Shown: positions 26,149 through 36,880 of the stretch, piece after piece
Layout of the letters: each line of letters begins with the position of its first letter
Numbering within the stretch: position 1 is the stretch's first letter
Origin: a virus
Reading direction: 5' to 3' (one strand)
Virus record (IMG/VR): IMGVR_UViG_3300010392_005355
Coordinates: 9,611 to 73,610 of that record
DNA: 64,000 nucleotides
Made by a program: the position numbers and the translations under genes
Notes under the pieces: generated by a model
Seen by the model: the letters and a program-made list of their open reading frames with translations, nothing else
The model's database searches: none
Told to the model about the DNA's origin: nothing

Positions 26149-29100
26149 ATGGCCATTACTGCAGACCGCGTCATCGTTGAGCTTCAGGCCAAGCTGGACA
26201 AATACCAGCGCGACATTGCGGCGGGTGAGCGCACCTTTGATCGCAGCATGAAGAATGTCCGCAAGCAGGCCGGGATCACGGAAGCGCAGGCGACGAAATC
26301 CCTGAATGCAATTGGCCGGGCTGGTCGGTCCATGGCGGACTCGCTTCGTTCTTCGGCGCTCGCGCTCGCCACAGTTGCGGGTGCCACGGCGGGCGTTCGT
26401 GTGCTTGCGGACTTTGCGCAGGCCATGTCCACGGTCAAGGCTGTGTCGCAGGCCACAGAAAGCCAGTTTGAAGCGCTTGAGGCGCGTGCGCGATCCCTTG
26501 GGGCAACGACCCGTTTCAGCGCCACTCAGGCCGCAGAGGGCATGCTGTTCCTTGCTCGCGCCGGTTTCGAGACCGACGAAATCCTGGGCTCCATTGAAGG
26601 CACCCTGAAGCTGGCACAGGCCGGCAATCTGGATCTGGGCCGCGCGGCCGACATCGCCTCGAACGTCTTGCAGGGATTCCGTCTGGAAGTCTCGGAGACA
26701 GCTCGCGTTGTCGATGTGCTTGCCCTGGCGGCCAATTCGTCCAACACGGATGTCGGCCAGCTTGGCGAGGCCATGAAATATGCCGCGCCCGTCGCTGCGG
26801 GCCTTGGCGTTGGCGTCGAAGACACGGCGGCTGCCGTCTCCGCACTTTCAGATGCCGGCCTGCAAGCCGAAATGGCGGGCACCGGGCTCCGCCGCGTCAT
26901 GATCGGCCTCGAAAAGCAATCCAGCCAGGGCGAGAAGGTGCTGAAGAAGTACGGACTCACCATGGAGGACGTATCGCTCTCTGCCACGGGCTCGCTTGCC
27001 AACTCTCTAGAGCGGCTGGCCGAGGCCGGGGTCACGACCGCAGACGCCATTACCCTGTTCGGACTTCGCGGCGGACCCGCATTCGAGGTGCTGCAATCCT
27101 CTATCCCCAAAGTGCGCGAGCTGACCGGCGCCTATGAAGAGGCAGGCGGCACAGCCAGCCGCATTGCGGAAATCATGGACGAGAACCTCAACGGTGCGCT
27201 GCTGGCCACCCGGTCACGCCTTGAGGAGCTGGTTCTTGCGCTGGGTGATGCGGGCGCTGAGGATGGCCTCATCATCGCGCTGGAGGGCCTACAGCAGTTG
27301 CTGGTGATCGCCGCAGAGAATGCGGACGTCCTCAGCATTGCCCTGATTGCGCTGACGATCAAGGCTCTGCTTCCGATGGCGGCATCTATTGGCGGGCGTG
27401 TGCTGCCCCTGCTCGGCACCCTCAGCACCAGCCTGCAGCTGCTCACGGTGCGCGGTGGCGCGGCGCTGGTCACGACACAGGCGCTGGCTGGTGGAATGTC
27501 GCTGCTTGCCGCTTCACTTCCCACTTTGGCCATTATCGCTGCGGCGGGTGCGTTCATCGCGCTGGCGAGAGACGCACGCGAGGGCCGGGAGGTCATTGAC
27601 GACGCCAAGCGGGCAATCGAGGGCATGAACGCAGCGCTCGAACAGACTGAGAAGTATACCTCATTTGCCGATCTATCAAAGGATGCCAATTTTGCGCTTC
27701 CGGTCATGAACAGACTGAAAGGCGCAATCGAGGGGATCGCTGAAGCCATCCGTGATGTCACGACCGCATCCCTTGTGCAGGATCTGAACTCTATCAATGC
27801 CCAAATTCAAGAGGGCGAGGCCGCCCTTGAGCGGCTCAGGAAGCGGCGTGATGAAGAGGTTCGCACCGTTGCTGGCGTAACGGGCGACCAGGCCGGTGCC
27901 GAGGCACGCATCGACAACAGTGATCTGGGGCGGGAAATCCTTGCCGCAGAGCAGAAGGTCTCATATCTCCGAAGCCAGCTCAAGGAAAGCGCCAAAGTCG
28001 CCTTCGGAGATGGCGGCGTCAATATCGTCAAGGCGTTTCAAGACGGGGGCGTCGAGGCGGTAGAAAAGGCGCTGAACAAGCGCTTCACCGAGATCACGAA
28101 TGCGGGCCTTATTGAGAAGGAACTGGAGCGCATCAAGGCGCTTTCCGAGTCCCTCGAAGACGCGAAGTCGAAAGGGCTCGACCGGGCCTCAGCTCGCTTT
28201 GAACAGCAGATCGCCATCGCTGAAGAGACTATTCGCCTTCTTCAGGCGGGTCTCGATGAGGCCACAGCACGCCAAGAGGCGCAGGCGACTGTGCGTGAGG
28301 GGGGGCGGGGCGGTGACGGCCTGGACAAGCGCACCAAGAAGGCTCTTGATGAAATCAGGTCCGCCTATAACGACACGTTTGAAACCGAGCGTGAGCAGAT
28401 CGTCCGCATCCGTGATGAGCGGTTGGCGGCGATCGATGCGGCAAAGGTCGGGCAGGCGGAAGCCGACGAACTGCGCCGCCAGGCAAACGAGACCTATAAG
28501 CAACAGCTCAGCGAGATCCGCGCTGCTGAGTTTGATGACTTCAACGAGTATCTGGCAGAGCAGGAAGCCAAGGCCGACAAGGAGCGCGACCTTGTTGAGG
28601 AGATCACGCGCGCCCGCGACGAAATGCTGGGGCGAACGTCCGCCCTGCTCGAACGCGAATACCAGCTCAAGCGCGCTCTCATCGATAAGGAAATCGAGGA
28701 TGAGACCCGCAAGAATGAGGCTATCGCCGCGCTCGATGAGGAGTATGCCGCCCGGCGCCAAGAGCTTGAGGACAAGGCGCTCGGCAAGGGGGAGTATTCT
28801 GATAGCGCAATAGAGCAGGTTCGTGCCCGTCAGGAAGAGGAACTGCAGCTTCTTGAAGAATGGTTTCAGGATAAGCTGGACCGTGAAGCCGAATACCTTG
28901 AGCGGCGCAAAGAGATCAATGCTGATGCCGAGGCCGCGATTACGGCCATCAAGCAGGAGGCAGCAGTTGCCCAGCTGGATGCCGCAGAGCGTGGATTCGA
29001 CGCAGCAGCGGACCTTGCGAAGAAGTTCGCCGGCGAAAACAAGGGCATCTATAAGGCCCTGTTCCTGGCCGAGAAGGCCGCGGCACTCGCCAGCGCATAC

Positions 29101-29637
29101 GTTCAGATGAACCTAGCCGTGGCCAAGGCCGCCGCCGCCGCCCCACCGCCTTTGAATGCCCCTCTGATTGCGTCTGCCAAGGTGACTGGTCTGGCCACAA
29201 TTGCCGGCATTGCCGCCTCTGCCATCTCCGGCTTCAAAGATGGTGTTGTCGACCTTCAGGGGCCTGGGTCCCACCGGTCAGACAGTATTCCGGCACGCCT
29301 GTCACGCGGCGAAAGTGTCATGACAGCGGACGCGACCAGAAAGAATGAAGACCTGCTTCGCGCGATGAACCAAGGCGTTGATGTAGAGGCCCAGCTGGCA
29401 CGGATCACGCAGCCCGTCAGTGTGGCTCCGTCCTTCTTCACCGGAGGCGGCCGGCAGGTGAATGTCGCTGGCGCTCAGCTCAATTTCAACGGCCCTGTTG
29501 ATCGGGACACCCTTCCTGACCTCAAGGCCATGATTGATCAGATGCGGCGTGAGCAGGAAGACACCATTCGATCCGTGATCGCCAGCGAGCAGACCGCAAC
29601 CACCCCGCGCTACCGGCGCGACCGCTTCATCAGGTGA
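26149..29637 (+). CDS. Tape measure protein
   Basis: 1162 aa, Ala-rich helical; TP901-type core TRFSATQAAEGM…LGEAMKYAAPVA. Confidence 0.95.
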   Translation: MAITADRVIVELQAKLDKYQRDIAAGERTFDRSMKNVRKQAGITEAQATKSLNAIGRAGRSMADSLRSSALALATVAGATAGVRVLADFAQAMSTVKAVSQATESQFEALEARARSLGATTRFSATQAAEGMLFLARAGFETDEILGSIEGTLKLAQAGNLDLGRAADIASNVLQGFRLEVSETARVVDVLALAANSSNTDVGQLGEAMKYAAPVAAGLGVGVEDTAAAVSALSDAGLQAEMAGTGLRRVMIGLEKQSSQGEKVLKKYGLTMEDVSLSATGSLANSLERLAEAGVTTADAITLFGLRGGPAFEVLQSSIPKVRELTGAYEEAGGTASRIAEIMDENLNGALLATRSRLEELVLALGDAGAEDGLIIALEGLQQLLVIAAENADVLSIALIALTIKALLPMAASIGGRVLPLLGTLSTSLQLLTVRGGAALVTTQALAGGMSLLAASLPTLAIIAAAGAFIALARDAREGREVIDDAKRAIEGMNAALEQTEKYTSFADLSKDANFALPVMNRLKGAIEGIAEAIRDVTTASLVQDLNSINAQIQEGEAALERLRKRRDEEVRTVAGVTGDQAGAEARIDNSDLGREILAAEQKVSYLRSQLKESAKVAFGDGGVNIVKAFQDGGVEAVEKALNKRFTEITNAGLIEKELERIKALSESLEDAKSKGLDRASARFEQQIAIAEETIRLLQAGLDEATARQEAQATVREGGRGGDGLDKRTKKALDEIRSAYNDTFETEREQIVRIRDERLAAIDAAKVGQAEADELRRQANETYKQQLSEIRAAEFDDFNEYLAEQEAKADKERDLVEEITRARDEMLGRTSALLEREYQLKRALIDKEIEDETRKNEAIAALDEEYAARRQELEDKALGKGEYSDSAIEQVRARQEEELQLLEEWFQDKLDREAEYLERRKEINADAEAAITAIKQEAAVAQLDAAERGFDAAADLAKKFAGENKGIYKALFLAEKAAALASAYVQMNLAVAKAAAAAPPPLNAPLIASAKVTGLATIAGIAASAISGFKDGVVDLQGPGSHRSDSIPARLSRGESVMTADATRKNEDLLRAMNQGVDVEAQLARITQPVSVAPSFFTGGGRQVNVAGAQLNFNGPVDRDTLPDLKAMIDQMRREQEDTIRSVIASEQTATTPRYRRDRFIR

Positions 29638-29641
29638 CATT

Positions 29642-30256
29642 ATGAGCGCAGGCGAACAGGCACCGTGCCTCGGTATCATCGAGGCGCGCTGGACCCCTAT
29701 TGAAAATCAGACGGCAGTCACCTCGAACAGCGGAGAGGCCGATGTCATCGAGATCGGCGATCCGTTCTGGATGATCGAGGTAGGTGTCAACATCATCAAC
29801 CGCGCCCACTTCGATGAGTGGGACACGTTTCTTACGCGCCGCCGCCTGGCTGATCTCACGTTTACCATGTGGCGGTCCATGCGTCCGAACCCGCGCGACC
29901 CGGCAATCACGTCGGATGCCGTGCTTTCCATCGTCAGCATTGACAGCGCCAACTCCACCGTAACTGTCAGCGATGCCCTGAGCGTGGGCCGCAAGGCCTA
30001 TCCCGGAGACATGATTTCCTACCGGACCCTGAACAATGGCTACTGGATCGGGCAGGTTTTGGCAGAGGCAACCTATAACGGGTCCGGCCAGGCAACTTTG
30101 TCCGTGTGGCCGCGCCCTGTCACACCCCACGCCAGCGTCACTGCACCCCGCAGGATTGCCGCCCTTGGAGAGTTCCGCCTGACGGAGACCCCGCGCGTGC
30201 GTGAGGGATTCAAGCGCTGGGATGTCCAGTTCAAGGCTGAGCAGGTGCTGCGATGA
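29642..30256 (+). CDS. Distal tail protein-like
   Basis: Position after TMP; beta-rich, 204 aa. Confidence 0.65.
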   Translation: MSAGEQAPCLGIIEARWTPIENQTAVTSNSGEADVIEIGDPFWMIEVGVNIINRAHFDEWDTFLTRRRLADLTFTMWRSMRPNPRDPAITSDAVLSIVSIDSANSTVTVSDALSVGRKAYPGDMISYRTLNNGYWIGQVLAEATYNGSGQATLSVWPRPVTPHASVTAPRRIAALGEFRLTETPRVREGFKRWDVQFKAEQVLR

Positions 30257-33200
30257 CGCGTATTTCACGCTGGTTCCTTGAAATCACGCTGGATAGCGAG
30301 ACGCTGCGCTGGTGCAATGGCCGCGACAGCCTCACGCTTGATGATAATACCTATACGCCGCTGGGAACGCGCTGGACGCCGCCAGACCGCCTGAAGCGCA
30401 GAGCAGGCCTGAAATCAGAGAAGTTCGAACTGGACTTTGACAGCTCTCGTCAGTCTGACAACACAGATCCTGTCGGCGCGCTTCTAGATAAGACATGGAG
30501 GCGGAGACAAATCCGCTTGCGCCGCATTGTCTGGAATTCCGGGCAGGTGCCGGATGACGGCACGGTTCTGGAAGATGAGCGCGGAAGGCTTCGTAACCTG
30601 TCCGACAGCCTGAAGGCCGGGCAAGCTGCCCGCCTGACCATGGAGATTGAAAGCGGCGCTCTGGCCTATCTTGAGCGGCGCATGGAGACCCGGACACCTG
30701 CAAGCCAAAATGCTGCCTACCCCGGAGACAAGGGCTTTGACCTGATTGCCCAGTTGGAAGGGGTTACGCTGCCGTGGCGGACAAAGTTCAAGAAGTCTGG
30801 CACAGTCCAGCTTGAACTTCAGGAAGAGTACGAGCCGTATCCGCGTGAATTGGCACTTGGCCGATTTGTAACGTCCGGCAGCTTTGTGGCTGCGTTCACA
30901 AATGGGCAACAGCGCAAGTACATGCAGCGCGTTTACGCTATCGCCGATCACAAGATCAACAAGCTGGACAAGGTATGGATAAATGGTTACCAGGTGCGCA
31001 ATTCTGCGCTGACCCATGGTGTGCGAACCCTTGTTTACCTTGAGGGCAATAGCGAGCAGCGCTGCTGGATTACCTTCCACCAAGGCGGACATGGGCAGAC
31101 AGCGGACGCTTACCTTCAGGCTGCTGCGTCTGAATGGACTGCAGATCACCGCCTGCGCGGTGTCGCTTATGTGGTGATTGAACACCTCTGGGATAGCGAC
31201 CTCCCGGAAAGCTTCGACTATCGCTTCAGCGGCGAGGGCGCGCTTCTTTATGACCGCAGAAAAGACAGCACCGCAGGCGGGTCAGGTTCGCACCGATGGA
31301 GCAACCCGACGACTTGGGAGTATTCAACAAACGCAATGGTCGCGGCGGATCATTATCGCAGCGGGATTAGGGTCACGTTTGATTCTGACGTCATGTGGTT
31401 CGGCGTCGGGGAGGCTGTTGACGCGGTTCCATACGCTGAATTCAAGGCCCTCGCGGACCTGTGCGATCAGAATGTTGCGCTAAAGGGCGGCGGCACGCAG
31501 AAGCGTTATGAGGTTAACGGAATTCTTTCCGCTGCTGAAAGCCATGATAAAAACCTGCAGAGGCTGGCAGACCAAATGGCGGCCCGTGCGATTGACCAGG
31601 GAGGGCGCATTTCCTTCAGGCCCCCGATTGTCCGCACGCCCGTCATCACCCTGACGGATGATGATATGGTGCGTGACAGCGAAAGCCGTGCCGATCCGGG
31701 TGGTGGTCTCGATGACATGCTCAATGGTATTGAGGGACGGTTTATTAATCCCGCCAACGACTACAAGAAGGACGACTATCCGCGCGTCCAGATCGCCGCC
31801 TACATTGGTGATGACAATGGCGAGATCACAGACACGCTGAACCTCGATCTTGAGATCAACGCGGAACGCTGTCAGCGTATCGCCAAGCTCAAGATTGAAG
31901 ACAGCCGACGCATCTTCTATCTCGAAGAAACCTACAAGACCGCTGCGCGCGTGATCGAGCCGGGCGAGTGGTATGTGCGGAAAAGTGTGATTCGCGGGTT
32001 CCCGTCCGGCAAAACCTTTGTGGCGGAAGAGGTGGAGCGCTTCATTGACGGCTCTATCCGGGTGCGCGGATCAGAGGTCTACCCCGATGAGCTGGTCTGG
32101 GACGAAACCACGGCTGTGGACTTGTCTGTTCCGCCTGCCTTCCCGTCCACCAATCGGGATGCCTTGGCCAATCCAGATGTGACGATAACCCCCGGGCAGG
32201 TGGGTGACTCCGGGGATGTGACATGGCCGGGGCTGAAACTTGAATTTGATTATGGCACTGATCCGGTTCCATCTGAAACGCAAATCGAGGTGGCGAGGGA
32301 CGACGGAACGGGGCAGCCCGACTATAGTTATGAGGTTCAGGCAGAAACTGTTCCCGCAGGGGCTGCTTATGTCTGGTTGAGCAGCATTTTGCAGCCCGGC
32401 GTTAATTATGTGATCCGGGTTAGATCTGTCTATGATGGCCGACATAGTGAATGGTCTGACTGGGTCCAATTCACGGCTACCAGTGAATTTACCTCTAAGT
32501 CCTCGCTATATGCTGAGCAGCTATCAGCAGAGGCCTTGGCTGCTCTAAACACGCTCGTAAACGATTTGGTAGACGCCGAAGCGGAGGCGCGCGAGACGGC
32601 GGACGATCTGCTCTCGCAGGGGCTCGGCATTGCTCAACAGGCAGGCTACACCAACTGGTACAGAGACCCGCTGATTACGCTTGGCACGCTTGAGGGCTAT
32701 GGCTCGAATGGTCTTCCGCTTTACATGCTCACAGGTGCGACCTATCGCTCTGCCGGGGTGGAGCGTGATAGCGGTGCAGATGGTCAGGAGATGATCCTCT
32801 ACCTGCCGGGCAATCATCCGATCCAGCCCGGCGCGCGGGGGCAGGCATCTGTCACCATTGAGGAAGTGCTGAATACTGCCGCCCTCGAATTGCGCGCCTA
32901 TTATTACGATGATGCGGGCGACCCTGTTACGCCAGCATTTCATGCAGTCGCGTCCGGGGCGTCAGGTCGCATTGGCGGGTTTTTTGGTCTGGACGGGACG
33001 GATGCCGGAGCTATCCCGGCAGGGACAGCTTCCTGCAAGATTGCGGTACGGACCATTGCCGATGGCACAGGGGACGCGCGCTTTGCCGTGTCCCAGATGC
33101 TTGGGGCTTTCGCTGGCCTGAACGACACGGCACTTGCCGAGTTTGTTGACCCGGCAGATGAGCAGGTCGCTCGCCAGCTCGACTACGCCGTGACCGATAT

Positions 33201-34308
33201 TCAGAATTCGTACCAGCTGCGCGGCCTCTCGTGGGAGCAGGGAGAGGCCCGCTCGGAGATCACGCGTCTCGATACGGTTCAGCAGGATCAGGCATCGACA
33301 CTTACCACTCTGCAGACCAGCTATGGCGAGGTCAGCGCGAACGCGACCTTCCGGATGGTCACAGGCTACACGCCATCAGCCGGATGGGACGCCAGAATTG
33401 GACTGCAGGCACGGGTTTCGACCGGATCAGTTTACCGGGATGGCGGCCTGTATCTGGAAGTCACTGAAAGTGCAAGTCGCCTGATCCTGAATGCGGATCA
33501 GGTGGCCATTACAGACGGGGACAACGTCTCAGCCTTATTCCAGAGCGGGACGACATATCTGAATGCAGCCATTATTCAGTCATTAAGTGCTGACAAGATT
33601 TCTGCAGGAATCATCCGCAACTTCGACAATTCAATGCAGATAGACCTGCAAAATTATCGCATCCATTTTGACAACGGATCGATCATGAAGGTCGACGGCC
33701 TTGGCTTTGGAACAAGCAACCAATTCATTGAATGGGTGGGGCCTTCGAAGGCTATCAGCCTCTGCGATGAGGCCTCTGCTATTCGTTACGTGAAGACCAA
33801 TGGAGACGCCTATTTTGGCGGGTCCTTGTCAGCGGGTGTTCTGAACACGTCCATATCGACATCAAGCATCGCCCAATACCCGACGGTTGAGACGCCAGTT
33901 TTTGGCTCAAACGGCAATATCATAAGTGTGACATCGGGGTTCAACTCCGTCTACGCGGAGAGCGCGTATCAGCCGACGCCCCCAGGAGTCCCCATCGGGT
34001 CTGAAATCGACAGCGGCTCGGCTCCATGCCAAATCAAGCTCTACCGATCCGTTGCAGGCGGAGCTTACAGCTTGGTGGCCACCTATGATGGCACGTGGGA
34101 GTGGAGTCGAACCTTCGTGGAATACGATCCAAGCGATGGATATCTGGTCTCATCTGATGGCGCGGTATCAATATCGGCCACATACACAGACTCTCTGGAA
34201 GTCGCCAGCGATAGGCAATTCAAGCTGGAGGTTTCTGTCCGGGGTTATGGCGGTAGTCCCTTCACCCAAAACTATCAGCGCCTCAGTATTGTCTGCGTCG
34301 AGGAGTAG
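30253..34308 (+). CDS. Tail tip/hub-central fibre protein (multidomain)
   Basis: 1351 aa; WTADHRLRGVAY…LYDRRKDSTAGGSG tail-tip motif; FN3-like YVIRVRSV…SEWSDW; DUF1983-like LILNADQVAI. Confidence 0.85.
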   Translation: MTRISRWFLEITLDSETLRWCNGRDSLTLDDNTYTPLGTRWTPPDRLKRRAGLKSEKFELDFDSSRQSDNTDPVGALLDKTWRRRQIRLRRIVWNSGQVPDDGTVLEDERGRLRNLSDSLKAGQAARLTMEIESGALAYLERRMETRTPASQNAAYPGDKGFDLIAQLEGVTLPWRTKFKKSGTVQLELQEEYEPYPRELALGRFVTSGSFVAAFTNGQQRKYMQRVYAIADHKINKLDKVWINGYQVRNSALTHGVRTLVYLEGNSEQRCWITFHQGGHGQTADAYLQAAASEWTADHRLRGVAYVVIEHLWDSDLPESFDYRFSGEGALLYDRRKDSTAGGSGSHRWSNPTTWEYSTNAMVAADHYRSGIRVTFDSDVMWFGVGEAVDAVPYAEFKALADLCDQNVALKGGGTQKRYEVNGILSAAESHDKNLQRLADQMAARAIDQGGRISFRPPIVRTPVITLTDDDMVRDSESRADPGGGLDDMLNGIEGRFINPANDYKKDDYPRVQIAAYIGDDNGEITDTLNLDLEINAERCQRIAKLKIEDSRRIFYLEETYKTAARVIEPGEWYVRKSVIRGFPSGKTFVAEEVERFIDGSIRVRGSEVYPDELVWDETTAVDLSVPPAFPSTNRDALANPDVTITPGQVGDSGDVTWPGLKLEFDYGTDPVPSETQIEVARDDGTGQPDYSYEVQAETVPAGAAYVWLSSILQPGVNYVIRVRSVYDGRHSEWSDWVQFTATSEFTSKSSLYAEQLSAEALAALNTLVNDLVDAEAEARETADDLLSQGLGIAQQAGYTNWYRDPLITLGTLEGYGSNGLPLYMLTGATYRSAGVERDSGADGQEMILYLPGNHPIQPGARGQASVTIEEVLNTAALELRAYYYDDAGDPVTPAFHAVASGASGRIGGFFGLDGTDAGAIPAGTASCKIAVRTIADGTGDARFAVSQMLGAFAGLNDTALAEFVDPADEQVARQLDYAVTDIQNSYQLRGLSWEQGEARSEITRLDTVQQDQASTLTTLQTSYGEVSANATFRMVTGYTPSAGWDARIGLQARVSTGSVYRDGGLYLEVTESASRLILNADQVAITDGDNVSALFQSGTTYLNAAIIQSLSADKISAGIIRNFDNSMQIDLQNYRIHFDNGSIMKVDGLGFGTSNQFIEWVGPSKAISLCDEASAIRYVKTNGDAYFGGSLSAGVLNTSISTSSIAQYPTVETPVFGSNGNIISVTSGFNSVYAESAYQPTPPGVPIGSEIDSGSAPCQIKLYRSVAGGAYSLVATYDGTWEWSRTFVEYDPSDGYLVSSDGAVSISATYTDSLEVASDRQFKLEVSVRGYGGSPFTQNYQRLSIVCVEE

Positions 34309-34316
34309 AAGAAAAA

Positions 34317-34979
34317 ATGGCCACCAAGACATACTATTTCAAATCTGCTTTCTCGACGACAGACCCCGTCACGGGACAGGTCATTGCCTGGAGGCCAGGC
34401 ATTGTGGATAGAATAACTAATATAGACTTGCAGGACGTTCTTGATGCCGCAACAGGCGCCTATGGCGAAAAGGTCGCAATCGACCTCGGAGCAACCTTTG
34501 TAGAGGACACGGACTTTAATTCATGGCCACTTTCGGCAGATGTCCTCAGCTTCCTCGCGCAGGCGAACAAGGCCGCAATGCTCGCCACGGGGCTTGGCGG
34601 CGGGGCCTCTGGCGTCGCCGCGTTCCAAGCAGCTGATCGCTATAATTTCCTCGGCAATAGCGGGCTTCGATATGGGCCTGTGACAGTCGGGATCGGAGCG
34701 GCGGTGTCGTTCCCTTTGCGGCAATCGGGCGGCCGTCATATCGTGATGGTCAATGGGTCTGGCGGCGCTTTCGGGATCGTCCTCGTCCGCGCCCTTTCTG
34801 GGGGCCTGGCGGCCGATGCTGTTGCAAGCTTCTCCAACTTCACTGCGCAGACGGGCGCACTGACAGGCAGCACGGGACCGAACGGCAATATCAATTTCGG
34901 CGTCAGCGCAGGGCTTGGCTATCTGGAAAACCGGGGCGCCTATCCGAACCCGTTGCAGGCCGTGATCTTCGAAGGATAG
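34317..34979 (+). CDS. Tail fibre/receptor-binding-like protein
   Basis: Gly/beta-rich C-terminus, position after tail tip. Confidence 0.6.
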   Translation: MATKTYYFKSAFSTTDPVTGQVIAWRPGIVDRITNIDLQDVLDAATGAYGEKVAIDLGATFVEDTDFNSWPLSADVLSFLAQANKAAMLATGLGGGASGVAAFQAADRYNFLGNSGLRYGPVTVGIGAAVSFPLRQSGGRHIVMVNGSGGAFGIVLVRALSGGLAADAVASFSNFTAQTGALTGSTGPNGNINFGVSAGLGYLENRGAYPNPLQAVIFEG

Positions 34980-34983
34980 GAAC

Positions 34984-35463
34984 ATGACGACATCTCTTGA
35001 TAATCTCTGGACAATTGATGGCCAGCGCTTTGCGCTCGACGCTTCCGTCACGACGCAGGCCGAAGCAGATGCCTGGTATGCGGCGAACACCGCGAACGGG
35101 CCGCCTCCACCACAGCCGTCCGACGTCTATGCCGAGCGTGACCGACGCTTGTCGCTGGGCTTCGATTACGATTTCGAAGATGAGCGCGGCGTCCACCGGA
35201 TCGGCACGACAGACGCTGACATGCGCAGCTGGAACGAAGTGACCACGGCATTCAATGCCGCTGACAAGCTCGGCCACCCGCTCCAGCTCCAGATCATGAC
35301 GGATACAGGCCCGGCTCAGGTCAACAGTGCGGAGTGGGCGGCCATACTTTTGCGCTCAGCGCAGGTTCGTCAGGACATATGGAAGGCCAGCTTTGTGCTT
35401 CAGTCTGCTGATCCGATCCCGGAGGACTTCGCAGATGACCAATATTGGACCGCCCCTGAATAA
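34984..35463 (+). CDS. Tail fibre assembly-associated protein (DUF4376-like)
   Basis: AERDRRL…PIPEDFADDQYW. Confidence 0.75.
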   Translation: MTTSLDNLWTIDGQRFALDASVTTQAEADAWYAANTANGPPPPQPSDVYAERDRRLSLGFDYDFEDERGVHRIGTTDADMRSWNEVTTAFNAADKLGHPLQLQIMTDTGPAQVNSAEWAAILLRSAQVRQDIWKASFVLQSADPIPEDFADDQYWTAPE

Positions 35464-35490
35464 GGCGTCCGAAATGATCCGCCATTTGTC

Positions 35491-35518
35491 CGCCACGTTC
35501 ACAGCGTGGCTTTTTTTG
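35491..35518 (+). terminator. Intrinsic terminator before lysin
   Basis: GCCACGTT…AGCGTGGC + T7. Confidence 0.65.
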
Positions 35519-35539
35519 TACCTGAAACCGGAGCCCCCA

Positions 35540-36100
35540 ATGTCCGACCCCAGCGTTTTTGACCGCCTTATAGATCCCCTTCTCGACCGCGAAGGCGGCT
35601 ATGTGGACCATCCGTCTGACCCTGGCGGCGCCACCAGATACGGGATCACGGAGCGTGTCGCGCGCCGCCATGGATACCGCGGGCACATGCGCGACCTGCC
35701 ACGCGAAGTGGCAAAGCATATCTACGCCGTGGACTATTGGGATGGGCCCGGATTTGCGGGCGTTGCCGCCCTGGCAGAAGACGTTGCGGCCGAGATGTTC
35801 GATACCGGCGTCAACATGGGTGTGGGTGTGGCGTCCACTTTCCTGCAGCGCGCCCTGAATGGCTTCAATCTACGGGGCAAGCTGTATCCGGATATCGTGG
35901 AGGACGGCAATGTCGGCCCCGCCACACTCTCTGCACTGAAGGCCTACCTTAAAAATCGTGGTGTCGATGCCGAGCGCGTGCTCGTCTCGGCCCTGAACTG
36001 CTTTCAGGGTGAGCGCTACTTCCTGATCTGCGAGGGCAGGGAGCCGAGTGAAGACTTCCTCTATGGCTGGATGCGCACCCGAGTCGCTGACCCGGCCTGA
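35540..36100 (+). CDS. Endolysin, glycoside hydrolase family 108 + PG-binding domain
   Basis: EGGYVDHPSDPGGATRYGIT; FDTGVNMG; FLYGWMRTR. Confidence 0.93.
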   Translation: MSDPSVFDRLIDPLLDREGGYVDHPSDPGGATRYGITERVARRHGYRGHMRDLPREVAKHIYAVDYWDGPGFAGVAALAEDVAAEMFDTGVNMGVGVASTFLQRALNGFNLRGKLYPDIVEDGNVGPATLSALKAYLKNRGVDAERVLVSALNCFQGERYFLICEGREPSEDFLYGWMRTRVADPA

Positions 36101-36137
36101 TCCCGAACACCAGAATGCCCGGCTGTGTACTGGCCGG

Positions 36138-36497
36138 TCACTCCTCTGCAGGAATGCCGCTCTGTAAGGCGACGAGCGCTGCAGTATTTTCGGCAACACG
36201 CAGGCTTGGCCATTCAGAGGCCCGCCCATAGCTGCCGAAGTCGAGGCTTTCGGGTGGCTCGCCATGCGCGTCGGCCAGCTCGTCTATCAGGTCAAGCGCC
36301 TCATCGGCGGCGGCAAGCTGCTGCTGATGCAGGCTCGACAAAGCGGCCCAAACATCCGGATGCGCTTTCGAGCGACCAGAAGACATGTCTTTGATGGTCT
36401 GCAGCGAGACGGACCGGCACAGCTGGTCACTCAACCAGTCGGCGGCCTCCGGCTGCGACAGGCCCGTCAGGCGCAGGGCGGCGGCGAAAAGGCTCAT
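36138..36497 (-). CDS. HTH protein (moron gene 2)
   Basis: LTGLSQPEAADWL…SLQTIKDMSSGR HTH. Confidence 0.75.
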   Translation of the reverse strand: MSLFAAALRLTGLSQPEAADWLSDQLCRSVSLQTIKDMSSGRSKAHPDVWAALSSLHQQQLAAADEALDLIDELADAHGEPPESLDFGSYGRASEWPSLRVAENTAALVALQSGIPAEE

Positions 36498-36516
36498 TGG
36501 GAAAATCCTGTTCGGG

Positions 36517-36552
36517 AAGAAAAAAGCGGCAGGCCAAACCGCCTGCCGCTAT
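36517..36552 (-). terminator. Terminator between the two moron genes
   Basis: Minus strand AGCGGCAGGC…GCCTGCCGCT + T-tract. Confidence 0.7.
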
Positions 36553-36558
36553 CGATAA

Positions 36559-36831
36559 TTACGAGATCACAATTGCGCTGTCTTTCCCGCCGCGACCGCG
36601 ACCGCTCATGTCATTGGTGTAGTGAGCCATTTTAACCTCGCCAACGCAGCCGTGGCGGCGAGCATAGCGCAGTGCGGTTTCCGCTTTCCAGTGACCGCTA
36701 AGCGCGACTGAGAAGTTGTAAGGCTTGTTGCGTTCAACTTGGGCGAACCGCTCCTCGGTCATCGGCTCGGCGGTCGGCTCGATGTAGCCTTGCTTGTGAC
36801 CGGTGATGATTGTGCATTTCGAGTAAGCCAT
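36559..36831 (-). CDS. Small hypothetical protein (moron gene 1)
   Basis: AGGAGAG RBS before MAYSKC; own promoter. Confidence 0.7.
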   Translation of the reverse strand: MAYSKCTIITGHKQGYIEPTAEPMTEERFAQVERNKPYNFSVALSGHWKAETALRYARRHGCVGEVKMAHYTNDMSGRGRGGKDSAIVIS

Positions 36832-36880
36832 TTGTCTCTCCTGTGAGTGGACGATGGAGCCAATCCCCGTGTCCATGAGT

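Noticed and set aside
30253-35463. Diversity-generating retroelement targeting tail genes
   Set aside because: No reverse transcriptase and no TR/VR repeat pair noticed
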